From assembly GCA_039621445.1 (NCBI GenBank), contig CP154954.1, positions 8,372,634 through 8,436,633 on the forward strand: a stretch of 64,000 nt of DNA, in the 5' to 3' direction. Positions 1 through 11,400 of the stretch are shown one piece after another. Within the stretch, counting starts at the first letter, position 1; every line of letters begins with the position of its first letter. The notes beneath the pieces are model-generated. The model saw only the letters and a program-made list of their open reading frames with translations, made no database searches and was not told the origin of the DNA. The DNA is from Euglena gracilis. Its lineage: Eukaryota. Position numbers and translations under genes: made by a program.

Positions 1-1097
1 GACTTTTTCAGCCACTGGCTGTTCTTTCAACACTAAAACTTGCGCGGATAGCGCGGTAAGGTTATTTTGCAGTTTTGTGACATCCTACTTCACCGTTTTC
101 TCGGTGTTCGTGAGACTATAACACAATCCTTGCATTATTTGATCTTTTTCCGCACTCATTTCAGCGCAAAACTGCTCCAAATTTGTGGGTATGGATGTGG
201 GTGTGGGTGTTGGCGGTGGTAATGTGCCTTGGGTTGGTGATTGCACCTGAAGCACTTTTGGGCTCAATTCTTGCACGTTTTTGTGCAAATCCGATATCAC
301 GGTTTGAATGCCGGTCACATCCGGGATACTACCGGCTACTTCCGCATTGCGGGCAAGATTTCTGCTCCAGTCGAGAAAGTCTCTCCTCAAATTGGTACAC
401 ATACGTGCGGGAGGCAAAACTTTTGTTTCCTTGGGAATAAAAATGGCAAAATTCGCGGAATCAACGCCCAACTGGAAAATGCGCTGTTGCACTTCCTGGA
501 ACGCCGTTGCAAGTGCGTAGAATTGCTCCAATGTGATAAATTGTCGCAAATCGGGATTTTTGATCGGGGTTCATGCAACTTTTGCTGCAACTGTAAAAAA
601 ATTGCCGTAATTTGCTCCAATGTATGGGATAAAGCTTGCAAACTATGTTGCATGTTGGAGAAAAGCACATCATTGCAGGATTGTGTTTCACACACGGCTT
701 CACTCACTTTTTGGAAGTGTTGTGAAAAATGTGCCTGCAAGTGTGTCTCCAAACCTTGACGCAAAGTAGCTACGTCCACATTGGTGGATTGAAAATTCGT
801 TTGGCAACATTCGCCAACGTCACACACATAACTCCAGAGGTAGCCCAGCTTGTTTTCTACAAACTTTTTGTTGTTTTCATCAAATCCTAAACCTTGTTAA
901 GCGTCATAGCGTAATCCACTACAGTGGCCATGAAAGATTTTCCGCATAAGCAGGTGGTCCACTGGAAGATTTGCGACTATGCGCTGAATCACGGTAACGG
1001 GATGAAGGGAAATTTTTTCCGACTCTTCCACTGACTCACGATGGGAAGGAGGAATACCTGAACGCTTGAGTACCCCTATGGGGTTGAGAATGCTCAT
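1..1097 (-). pseudogene. Frameshifted coiled-coil ORF remnants, possibly the 5' part of a gag from another LTR element running off the window
   Basis: Consecutive minus-strand ORFs 897-1097, 387-827 and 85-549 are Q/E/L-rich heptad-like with a Pro/Thr stretch, like the gag N-termini elsewhere in the window. They start just downstream of a PBS-like sequence. Confidence 0.3.
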
Positions 1098-1117
1098 TAC
1101 AGCTGGTCAATGATGCC

Positions 1118-1144
1118 GCAGGTTCAAGTCCTCGAAGTGAACCA
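1118..1144 (-). promoter_or_regulatory. tRNA 3'-end-like sequence, candidate primer-binding site
   Basis: Plus strand reads GCAGGTTCAAGTCCTCGAAGTGAACCA (T-arm-like GGTTCAAGTCC plus CCA end), so the minus strand starts TGG. No complete cloverleaf seen. Confidence 0.3.
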
Positions 1145-1749
1145 ATCAATGCAGCGTAGTCAATGGCTGTTGGTGTTGTGCTCCGCATTTTTGCAGGGAA
1201 AACACAAAAACCAAGTGTAGATTGAAATGTAAATTGCAGAAATAAGTGTAAGAAGAGAGGATTGTATTAAAATAAGCAGAGACCTGAACTCTGAGGGTTG
1301 AGACAGGGTATACTGCGAACCGTCAGAGGACGTGTCCGTGTCCGGCTTTGGCCAGAAACGGCTTGTAGTGCCTGTGGTCGCCTATAGGCGGGGCACCACA
1401 CGACCGTTTGTGGTCAAAAGGATCGAAAACCTAAACTGCTACCAGGTGTACGTCCAACCTTTCCTTGTTTTCGCCCTTGGGTGCGCAAAAAGGTAAAAGT
1501 TGGAGTAACAGAAAAAAAAATATAAAAAATTGAAAGCCCTTTTCCCCCAAAAAGAGGCAGAGCACAAAGCAGGTGAAGGAGCCCTATGCACTGCAACAAA
1601 GAATGCCAAGTGACTTGGCTGTCCTTTCCGGATTTTTGAAAACAAACCAAACTTGAAATCAAGTGAAGTCAAGAATAATAAAAAAGAATATAATACCACC
1701 TGTGGAGAGTTTTGCTCTATGGAGCTAGGTATTCCTAATTCAGGCCGTT

Positions 1750-2900
1750 GGCCATCTTTAGGAATACCACCTAGCATAATACTGTGTATGGGGCTCAGAA
1801 CTATATCTGACCGTAGGCTTATACCTACATACACAGTACCATGGCCTTAAGGCTGCCTGGTGCACAACCAGCCCGTAATACATACAGCGCTACGCTTTGA
1901 TAGGTTTTGGTGCGCTGAGATTCTACACCCTGTTAACCCTAACAAGATGCTTTGGAACCAAAATCTGGAGAAGTATGGGGCATTTTGGGCTCCGCTCCCA
2001 ATCCTCCTGGGGCTGGTAAAGGTGTCTATGCCCATGGATATTTGTACATTGCGAACACAACTTATTTTTTTGCTCACACATACTCTGTTTATACAGATAT
2101 TCATACCTGGCACAGGTCACCACGAACCGCCAGCGTGTTGAGTAGGGCACCCTTCATCAAAATAAGGCACAAAGGCCAAAAAATCCACAAGGTTGTGTCC
2201 ATACCCAGTGCCCACAAATAAGCCCCTTTCTTTTAATGATGTGTTATGTGGTGACCACGCATTTCTTCGTGATACCTGGCGGCCACTCCTGATTTCATTA
2301 AAACACCCCTCCACAGCCATAAGTGAAGACACCATTGCTTCTATCACAAAAGATTTTTTGTCCAAACATGGGGTTACCCCCCAAGTGATGGGGGCCCACT
2401 GTATGTAGGTTTAGCCACCCCGCTGTTGGACGGCCACGAGGCAGCTCATGCTGCTTGCCGTGGCGCGTCCGCTAGCGAGAGGCCACGCTCGTGGTAATCC
2501 GACCGGTCAACGTTAGTCCACGTGCGCAGCCTCACGCGCCGATCGATCCCCGCGGTATGCCCTCTGCCCGTACGGGATCGATCAGGACTCACACGGCGGG
2601 ACCTGGGCCTCGAACCCACGACCTCCCGCGTGTGAGCCCAGTGCCTTACCGAATAAGCTACTGCAGCGATACTCGGCTTGGTACTACGCGCCGGCGACCT
2701 ACTCCCGTAGGATCTCCCGTCTGCCGCACACACCAACTCCACCAGAGCGGCAGGAGTTGGTTTACTCAAAAAAACTGGGGATTTCTGCCCAAGAGATTTG
2801 TGAAATTGGCCAGTGGAGGAGGATGGAGGCTTTTACAGGCCATTATCAACGACTTGGGGCCCAGGGTGCTCTTGAAAATGCCCTGTTCCCCCAGCCTCAC
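1750..2900 (+). pseudogene. DIRS-type tyrosine recombinase remnant, interrupted by a ~336-bp insertion
   Basis: LLISLKHPSTAISEDTIASITKDFLSKHGV..GAH, then insertion, then STRAAGVGLLKK-(fs)-LGISAQEICEIGQWRRMEAFTGHYQRL. Removing the insert restores the H-x-x-R motif (GAHSTR) followed by the W and catalytic Y. Confidence 0.7.
2400..2735. mobile_element. Solo-LTR-like insertion (TG...CA) within the recombinase remnant; second copy at 26514-26845
   Basis: GC-rich block splitting the HSTR codons, beginning TGTATGTAGG and ending CACACCA. Only 2-3 bp of duplication (AC/ACT) at the junctions. Confidence 0.5.
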
Positions 2901-3723
2901 AAGGGCAAAGTGCGGACCCCGGGGGGTCTCGTAATCCCCCAAGGCAAACCGTTCATCATTGTACATTGCCATTGATGACATCTTTGAAATTGTAATTACA
3001 GGTCCTGGTGCTGACCCGTGAGGCACGGCCTTCGAGAACTTCGAGGTGGAGCATCGAGATGAGACGTGAGACATGTAATGGAGAACCAGTTGGTGGTTAT
3101 TTGTAGTTTTGGTGGTCATTTGCTGTTGTTGACATTACAGTAGGTTTGCGTCATCGCTGGGTTGTGAGTTCACCTACCGTTTACAAAAAAAACTCTCGCC
3201 GTTCCGTTTGGCAATTGGTGCTGCCATGTGCTGGTGTTCTGCGGCAGAAGGTGGTTACTTTCATCCGTTTTACTTCGTCTTCGACTTCTTCTTGTCGTGT
3301 TCCAAGTGGCCCATCAAGATGTTCAACGTGGGATAAAGGTCTGTCCTATGTCGCTGCGAACGCTGGGTAAATTGTGGACAATTTTTCTGTGAAGGGGGTG
3401 AGAGCAGACATCAAAGTATTCCAGAATCTGTGATTGCAATCTTAAATTAGGCATTGCTAGAAAAGAGATTTCGCCCAGTGAAATTCTACTTGGCTTTTTT
3501 CACATTGGTGTGGCAAACAGTGCGTGACTTTGTAGTAGTTGTATCTTGCAAGTTCTTGGATTGCTGTGTTCAGAAGTTTGGAAGGGATTTGGAGAATTAA
3601 AGTTCAAGGTTCTACTCTGGCAGATTGCCATATGGGAGGTTGATCGGAAAGGCTTTCCTATGTTGCTTGCCCTGGGGGCCTGGCCCACGTGGTGGGGAAA
3701 GTTCAGTTGTGTTTGAAGCGATG

Positions 3724-4120
3724 TACTCCCCCCTGTGGCCTAAACCCAAATAATAAACCCTCCCGTTTACTATTTGGACACCCGAAGTCGGGGTCCAGGG
3801 GGGGGTTTATATTTGGGGGGTTTATTTTTAAGCAAAAATTTTGAAGTCATAAATCAACCAAAAAAACCCTCCAAGGGCTCCAATGCTCACTTTGTTGGCA
3901 TTTTTGGGCTTTTTTGAAAATTGGGTGCTTTATTGGCGTATTCTCTGCACCAGTTTGATCAATTTTTGTGATTTTTTTTGAAACTTTCCCGCAAATTTTT
4001 TGACTCTTTTTTCTTTGCCATCACACCTAACACACGGGGGGGGGTTATTTTCTGGGCCGCCGAAGTCGGTCCTCGGGGGGGGGGTTATTTTTGGGGGGGT
4101 TATTATTTGTTGGAGGGGTT
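3724..4120. repeat. MITE/DNA-transposon-end-like sequence with repeated CCGAAGTCGG..GGGGGG(T)TTAT motifs (copy at ~27834-28230)
   Basis: Motif ccgaagtcgg-N-gggggggttat-N-tttgggggg occurs at ~3782 and ~4060, and its inverted form (taataaaccc) at ~3750. Confidence 0.35.
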
Positions 4121-6059
4121 TTCAAGGGGCAAGAATCCAGGTCGCCAAGTCGAAGCAGCATCGTCATCCAACTCGGGCGAGGCGACACTCAGCGTTGACT
4201 CCTAACCCAACGCACCACGAACGATCCAAACAACACCGCCGGCGAACAAGGCATGGCCTCATAAGGTCGTTGTGCTTTGCCCTCGGTGTCCCTTCCTTCT
4301 TGTCGGTTTACCTCGAGGGAGTACGCGCGTTAGGTTCAAAAATAATCAAGCGCGTTTTTTGTCCTTGGGTATAGCGCCCCTTTGCCTTTCATAAGCTTTT
4401 CCGAAGCGCCAGTCTTTTTAACAAGCAAAAACTTCCCATCGAAAAGCGGCCACAAAACTGACAGCCCACTGATCGAGAAACGACTGACCATGGCGTGAAA
4501 AAAAATTAGATAAGGAAGACATTGTTGTTCCAACTCGAAATTTGCCCAGGGCGGAGCGTTGAAAATTTTACGGGAATTGGCGCTGTGTGAGTGACATGGA
4601 CATCCCTCATCTTCAACGAGCCTGCCCGGCCCAGGTCCGGGGGATGGTCCGGGTGGCTTGATGGGCTGGGCGGTCCCAGAAGGCACAAATCAAGCTGGGT
4701 TGACTTTCTTTTTCAGCCAAAATTGAGGTCCCCAAACCCCGGAGGGAATGTTTTAATGTGTTTTTAAAAAAGATGGGTTTTCTTCAGGTTTCCGTTCCAT
4801 TTCTTTGAAAAGTCCAACCGATGAATTTGAGGATGGAGCCAAAAGAGGGTCTGAAACTCATTTTCGAACTGCCCGAGATACCCTATCAAGTTAACCATCA
4901 CAATGGTGCCGAAGGCGTTGCTTGCAAGAAGTAGAGAACCAGGAAGTCCAGCAATCTGCTGTCAAATCGTCAAAAAAGGGGGGTTAGAAATAATGCCAGA
5001 GCACTGCACCATACACTGGAGCTCCTTGCACGCAGAACAGTGAACAAAGGTAACCTTTCGAGAGACCAATTAATGCACCAGACTGATGAGAGCTGGAAAA
5101 GGAGGACCATAAAGCAACGCAAATTATTGTTCCAACAGGATGCCGTTACAGAGCGTCGAGCAATAAGGTGGAAACCAGCAATTGGGGATTTACGTTGTCA
5201 TATTCATTTACATTGGAACGCGCTTGTTGTGCATGGACAAAAAGACACACTACAACAACGGTGGTGTGGCAAACCGAGTCCACCGACCAGAGGTACAGCT
5301 TACTGGATTTGTTGTCTTCAAGGGGTAAGGCTATGTACAGAAGCGACAGTCTGTGCAAGGGCCAGGCGATGGGAGGGCAGGGAAAAGGGGATAAGATGTG
5401 AGCTGGAGAAGGGTGCGAGGTGGGGCCGCGATTGATCGGCTGCCAGAGTAGCTTCCGGGCACTAGTTTCTCAGATTGTGGTTGAGGAAGTTGGCGGATAC
5501 TCTGCCACGTGGGTTATCATGCGTCGCTACGGGGCTCGCGCTTTTGTTTACAACGCCGCCGGAGATGGAGGACTGTCGTGCCCGCACGTGCACATGCGCT
5601 CCGAGAGGAACGTTTCCCAAGCCTTTGTCGGTTATCAGGCAGTCTCTCACCGAACGGCTGCGTTGTAAAACGCGGGTCATTGAAGGTGGGCGTTTCGCCG
5701 GACTAACCTAGCCGGATGGCAGACCAACCTAGCCAGCCAACATGCCGGCTGTCCCGCCGTCCGTCCAGATGAAAGTCAATGTCCCTAGCCGCCCGGCTAC
5801 CCAGACCAAACAACACCCACGCCGTACGCAGTGACGGCTGGATCAGGAATGAATGTGTGCACCGGAGGGGGACTAAGTTGATTACCAAAGTGCACCCGGG
5901 TGAACGTTCGGACCTAAATACGGCCCGCCTGTTGGCTTTAACCCGCACGGGCGGACAAAAGACGTACCGGCCGGTGGCACCCCCGCCCAAAAAAACTTGT
6001 GGCCACTCGTTCGCCTCGTTAGGAAAATATCGCCAGCAAAAGTAGCAAAAAACACGGCC

Positions 6060-6410
6060 ACCCATCGGTCCAAAACTGCCCACTACAAACCCGCCAAAAC
6101 GTACCCATTTGCCCACCACAAACCCTCCAAAACTTACCCATTTCCCAGACTCAAAAACCGAACCCCCCAATTTTTTAGCTTGTTTGAGCAAGAGAACTTG
6201 TGGCACAGAAAAAAAAAGAATGCAAGAAACAAAAAAAAGTTTCAGAAGAAAACGATCATCTCCGGACAACACCTTTCTGGTCAAAATGTGGCACCATCTG
6301 TCCCAAAACTGGCAGGCACACCTGGCCCAAAACTGGCCAACACATGTGGCCCAAAGCTGGCCACCACCTGTAGCCCACAAATCTTCAAAATCTTCAAAAT
6401 CCCTTTCACA
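6060..6410. repeat. Short degenerate tandem repeats (AAAACTTACCCATTT, TGGCCCAAAACTGG, AAATCTTC units); copy at ~30190-30610
   Basis: Repeated 9-30 bp units seen directly. Copy 2 has an extra ~50-bp local duplication. Confidence 0.6.
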
Positions 6411-6685
6411 TTTAGCACACTGGCACAATCTGAATGGGAGCGTTGCAAAAACAGACCGAAGTTTCTCGGTTTCCTTTGTTCTGGGGCTACTTTGTAAACA
6501 GAAACAAAAAGAACAGGCAAGAAACAAAACAGTTCACAAAAAGTAAAACAGACCGACTTAAAGTCAATTCTGCAGTAACCAGCAGCATACGGCCAAATAA
6601 GACCCAGCACTGAGGCTAGAAGTCCTGTGCACCAGCGTACATAGGCTCTTGTAAACAGTTCACCACTTCGCCCTGGTCTTGAACT

Positions 6686-7275
6686 TGTTTTTCCCTCTTG
6701 CCGGGTCGGTGACCGTGTGCGGAATGGGCTCCCCGGCAGGCCGAGTAGGGGAAAACAGTCACCCGGCGCTCCGTTAAAAATAGGCACACGCGCCCCAAAA
6801 ATTCCTTTTTTTGTGTCCTTCGTTCCCTGAATTCAGCCAGAACCTGGCTTCCGGCAGCCAAATAATTCAAAAATTCGTGGGGGGACTGTGTTTTTGGCCA
6901 ACTGCTGGGGGTGCCTCAGAAGCAGTAGGGGGGGGGGGGGAAAGCCTGGGTTTAATTTAAAAAGGGTAGCGGGGGGGACGGAAGAACACCTTCACCTTGA
7001 TTCCCAGCGCCGTTTGCTTTTCCTTTTTTTGAATTTGAATTTTGTCTTTTGATTGACCTTCCGGACTGACTTTTTGAACTGATTGGACAATTGTTTCCTT
7101 GAACTCAGATTTAATTTTTGAAATTCCTTCCTTCAGCATGCACAATTCTTTGAATAAAACATTCGGAAGAGAGAACCTGGGGGGAAAAGTACACACGTAA
7201 AAAAGTAGCGGAATGGGGCAGAATATTCGCAACTTCCAGCGCGCAGGCGCCAGGCCGGCTCCCGCCGCCCACACT
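6686..7275 (-). repeat. Family A 3' LTR
   Basis: ~590-bp direct repeat of 18607-19211 and 30875-31465, preceded on the minus strand by AGGAAGGCG (PPT-like, 7276-7284). Confidence 0.85.
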
Positions 7276-7699
7276 CGCCTTCCTACCGAGGCGCCCGGCC
7301 TCGCCTGCCTTCGGATAACCTCGGAGGCGGGAGCGGGGGGCGATGCGCACCTCATCGGCGAAGTAAACGAATTGTACAAACAAACGTCGGGGCGGTTCCG
7401 GTATACGGAGGGCAGGGGTGAAGCCTCGGGCTCGGCCTTGACCTTTGGCGTTTGGCGCCCGGGGGCGCCTCTCGCGTGTGGCCTCGCGCGCCACAGGAGC
7501 CTGGTCGGTGGCTGGCGTTGGTCCCCGGGCAATCGGCTGGCAGGCACGCCGCAGGCTCCTGTGAGCGCCTTGGGTGGGTGTGGAACTCCTCCGGGCTCTG
7601 GGCGGGTGCCGCTGTCCTGCTGGGTCGCTTGGCAGCCGCGAAGCGGCGACCTGCAGGCTGGTGGCAGAGCCCGGAGCATTCAGCCTTTCGGCGGCCGGT

Positions 7700-8453
7700 G
7701 CGCTCCCCTGCTTGTTGGGGGGGGGGGCGGTCCCTTGGGCTCCCTTGGGTCTCTCTGGTGCCTGGGGGGTCTCTTCGGCTCGCCTCCTTTGCCCCCTGCC
7801 TGGATTCCTTCTGCTGGCTTGGGGGGGGGGCTTACCCTTCTCTCCCTTGGGCCTGCTCGGTTCTCCTGTGGCGCTCTTGGGGGGGGGGGGGCTCCTTGCG
7901 CCCTCTTCGGTTCTCGCTTGGCGCTCTGGGGCTCCGGTGGGTGTGGGCGCCCCTGGGGGGGGCGCTCTTTTTTTTTTTTTGGTCGGGGGGGTCCGGGGGC
8001 GTTTTTTTTTTGCCCCGGGGGGTCCCCCTGGGGCCTTCTGCCTTGGTGTGTGGGGGTCTTTGGTCGTGCTCTCTGGGCCTCCTGGGGGGGCGGCATTGGT
8101 TGGTGGCCTCTGGGCCCCCGGGGGAGGGGGGGGGGGCGTTCTGGGGTTGGTGGCCTCTGGGCCCCCGGGGGGGAAGGTCCTGGCTCGGTTGCCTCTGGGG
8201 CCCCCTGTGGGTGGGGGGTCCTTGCTCGGTTGCCTCTGGGGCCCCCTGGGGGGGGGAGGTCCTAGCTCGGTGGCCGTCTGGAGCCCCTTGGGGGGGTCTT
8301 AGCTCGCTGGTCCTCTGGGGCCTCTCGGTGGCCCTCTGGGGAACCTTGGCTCGGTGGCCCTCTGTGGCCCCTCGCCTTGCTGGTGCCCCCTGGGTGCTTT
8401 GGCTGTTCGGTGCCCCCTGGGGGGGGGGGCTGGCTTCGGTTCCCCCTGGGGGG
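7700..8453. repeat. G/C-homopolymer-rich degenerate repeat in the 3' non-coding region of family A (copy ~31890-32650)
   Basis: Reiterated GGTGGCCTCTGGGCCCCC and CCTTGGCTCGGT units with long G and C runs. Confidence 0.75.
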
Positions 8454-11400
8454 GTGCTCCCTCAGCACTTCCGCCAGCACCGCGCTCTGCACACACGACC
8501 TCCCCGCCGAGACGAGCCGCCCATCCACCAGCTGGAACCCTCTGGGCCAGCCCGGGCCGTTGTGGGCCTGGTCCCAGATGGGCTTCCGGCGCGGGCACAC
8601 CGCATACGCCTTGCTCCAGTCCACGTCGAAGACGTTGACGTCCAGGTCAGGCTGCGGAGGCACGTGATCTGCGGTTGACGCCACACCCGCTGCGGGTGCT
8701 GCACACGGGACTGACGCGGCCGGTGACTGCACACCGGCTGCGGACGCTGGGACGGGCATGGCCGGTGATGACACCCCGGCTGTGGGCGCTGCAAACGGTG
8801 CGATGGACTGCAGTGCGGTGGACTGCGGTGCTGGTGATGGGGTTGGCGATGGTGCGTTGGATGATGGTGCTGGCACGGACGCTGGGGATGTTATGCACGA
8901 TGCAGACGATGGGACTGCCGCAGCCGATGCCGACGGTGGGACTGCTGCGGCCGCGGGAGACGAGGAGTTTCCCGAACGATGTTGTTTTTGCCCAGCCTTC
9001 ACTCCCGGGGGTCCGTGAGGGGGTACCGGCGGGGTGGGGGGTAGGCGCGATGTGCTCTGGGGAGAGGGGTAGGTTCGGGATACTCCCCTTCCCACGTAGG
9101 GTTTTTTCCCGGGGACCGAAGGCCCTCCTTTTTGGGAGTGGTTGGAGGGGGGAATCCGGCTTGGCGTCCCTTCCGGCAGTGGGGGGGGTTTAGGAAAAGG
9201 CCTGGTTGCCCTCCCCTAGGCTTCAGATACCCCAGCACCAACACCTTTTTGGCTTGTACTGCTCTCCTGCTCCAGCAGATAACCAATCTTTTTTGTAATC
9301 CTTTGCTTGCTCCGCCCTTGGGTTTTTGACTTTCTTGAACTTTTGCACTTCCTTGGCTCCAGTGCCTTTCTTTGAATTGCCTTGAAAATCCTTTAAAATT
9401 GATATAATTTGACCTTGGTCTTGATTCAGCAGGCACAATCTTGAATTGAAACCATGGGTAAAAAGAGGGAGCCTGCAGTGAAAAACAGAACAGTTAGAGA
9501 GCGGTTTGCGCTATTTTGATGCTGAATTAGCGCAGTGGTTCGCTATATACAACAGCGGGCTGTTATAGTGGCAATGGAAGGTGCAGCGGCCGGTCAGCCA
9601 ACTCTCCCCTTCCTCGGCCTTGCCTCCGGCTGCCGGGCCTGGCCGCTGCCTCTCTCGCCCCCCTGCCACAGGAGCCTGGCCGGGACTCCCCGGTCCTTCG
9701 TTGCGCCGCTGCCTGGCGTGCACACCGGCTGCGAACGCTGGGACGGGCATGGCCGGGGATGACACCCGGCTGTGGGCGCTGCAAACGGTGCGATGGACTG
9801 CGGTGCGGTGGACTGCGGTGCTGGTGATGGGGTTGGCGATGGTGCGTTGGACGATGGTGCTGGCACGGACGCTGGGGATGTTATGCACGACGCAGACGAT
9901 GGGACTGCCGCAGACGATGCCGACGGTGGGACTGCTGCGGCCGCGGGAGACGAGGCTGACGGGTGCATCTCGCGTGGGTGCTCGGATCGCGTATCGTGCG
10001 GGGCGTCTGCTGGGGCGTCTCGGGCGCTGCGCTGCGTGTCGAGGCGGCTGCGCGTGGTGACGGCGATGTGGGACGCTTACGGGACCGCGGCGAACGACTG
10101 GAGCGGGATCAGCTGGATGACGGCCAGCTCTCTCCCCTCCTTGAGGGTTGACCTCTCCACCTGTTCCGCCTTGGTCTCCTTGTTCAGGATGCACCGACTT
10201 CGGGGTGGACTTCTCACGCAGCTTCTCCTGCAGGATTTGGCCTTCGCCTCCTTCGTGTCGGCCTCGGTGCCGTGCCACTCGGTGTCGCGCCAGCCTTGTG
10301 AGGCCGGGTAGCCTCAGCAGGACATGGCATCGCCCACCACGTTGGTCTCGCCGGGGACGTGCAGCACGGTGATGCGGAACTCGTTGAGCTTCGCATGCCA
10401 TCTGGCCCGCCTCCCTTGCGGGCCCACTCCGGCGACGTATTCCTTGTACCACGACTCCAGGCTGCGGTGGTCGGTCAGGACGAGGATCTCGTTGTCCAGC
10501 AGGAAGCCCGCCCACTTGTCGAGGACGGCCACCACGGCATACGTCTCCTTGTCCCGGACATCCCACCGAAAGCGCTGCCCCTCGGTGAGCTTCCGGGACA
10601 TGAAGGCCACCGGGACGGAGGTCCCCAGCCGCAGGTCCCCCTACGCGGCACGCCGTCGATGTTCGGGAACTGCTCCAGAACCGCTCCGATGGCGTAGTCC
10701 GACGCGTCGGTGCGCAGGACGAACGGTCTGGCTGGATCGATGTCGTACAGCTCCAGGTCGGCGACGAGGGCCTTCTTCAGCTTGTCGAACGCCTCCTTCT
10801 CCTGCTCCGTACACACCACTGGGTGCTTGGATCCCGCCCTGGTCAGCTCCCTCGGCATCTTCAGCTTCTCCTGCAACGGCGCCACCAGTTCCGCGTACAG
10901 TCTCACGTAGCCTGCATAGTAATTGCAGATACCGAGAAACAAAACGCGCGGAGACTGCTGACCGTCGGCGGCGGCTGCCAGTGCGGCACCGCCGACAGTT
11001 TGCCTGGGCCCGGCACCCTCCTGCCGTGCCCCAGGACATTCCCCACGAACTCGACCTGCCTCACGAAAAGCTTGACCTTGCGGCTGTCGCTGACCCATCT
11101 GTCCTTCTCCAAGGCCAGCAACGTCTCACGGATGTCTCGGGCGTGCTTCTGGTAGAACTCCTCGTCCGTCTCCTCCGCTCCCTGCCGCGTACTGACGATG
11201 ATGTCGTCGAAGTATGGGCGGGGGTGCGCCTTCACCGCCGTGCAGGTGGGGTCGATGTCCCGCTGCAGGACGGGGGGCCCGACGTTGATCCCCTGCGTGA
11301 CCACACGCCACTGCCACAGCTCACCCGGCAGCTGGACGTTCGTCACCGGTCGGCTCTCCTCCGCCAAGGCCCCCCTGGTGGAACGCGTCCCGCAAGTCGA

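Larger units (their letters stand above)
2404..9721. repeat. Segmental duplication copy 1 (~7.3 kb), paired with 26514-33918
   Basis: Colinear near-identical sequence and matching ORFs, e.g. 2491-2934 = 26601-27044 and 8675-9193 = 32872-33390. Confidence 0.95.

Noticed and set aside
300-365. tRNA-like stretch on the minus strand
   Set aside because: No convincing TTC loop, acceptor stem or D-arm.
2401-2744. GTATGT...CAG spliceosomal intron in the recombinase
   Set aside because: Splicing would create an in-frame TAG and lose the HSTR motif; an insertion explains it better.
4820-5435. ORFs of 130-160 aa (copy 28931-29422)
   Set aside because: No recognisable motif, and stops differ between the two copies. 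Left unassigned.
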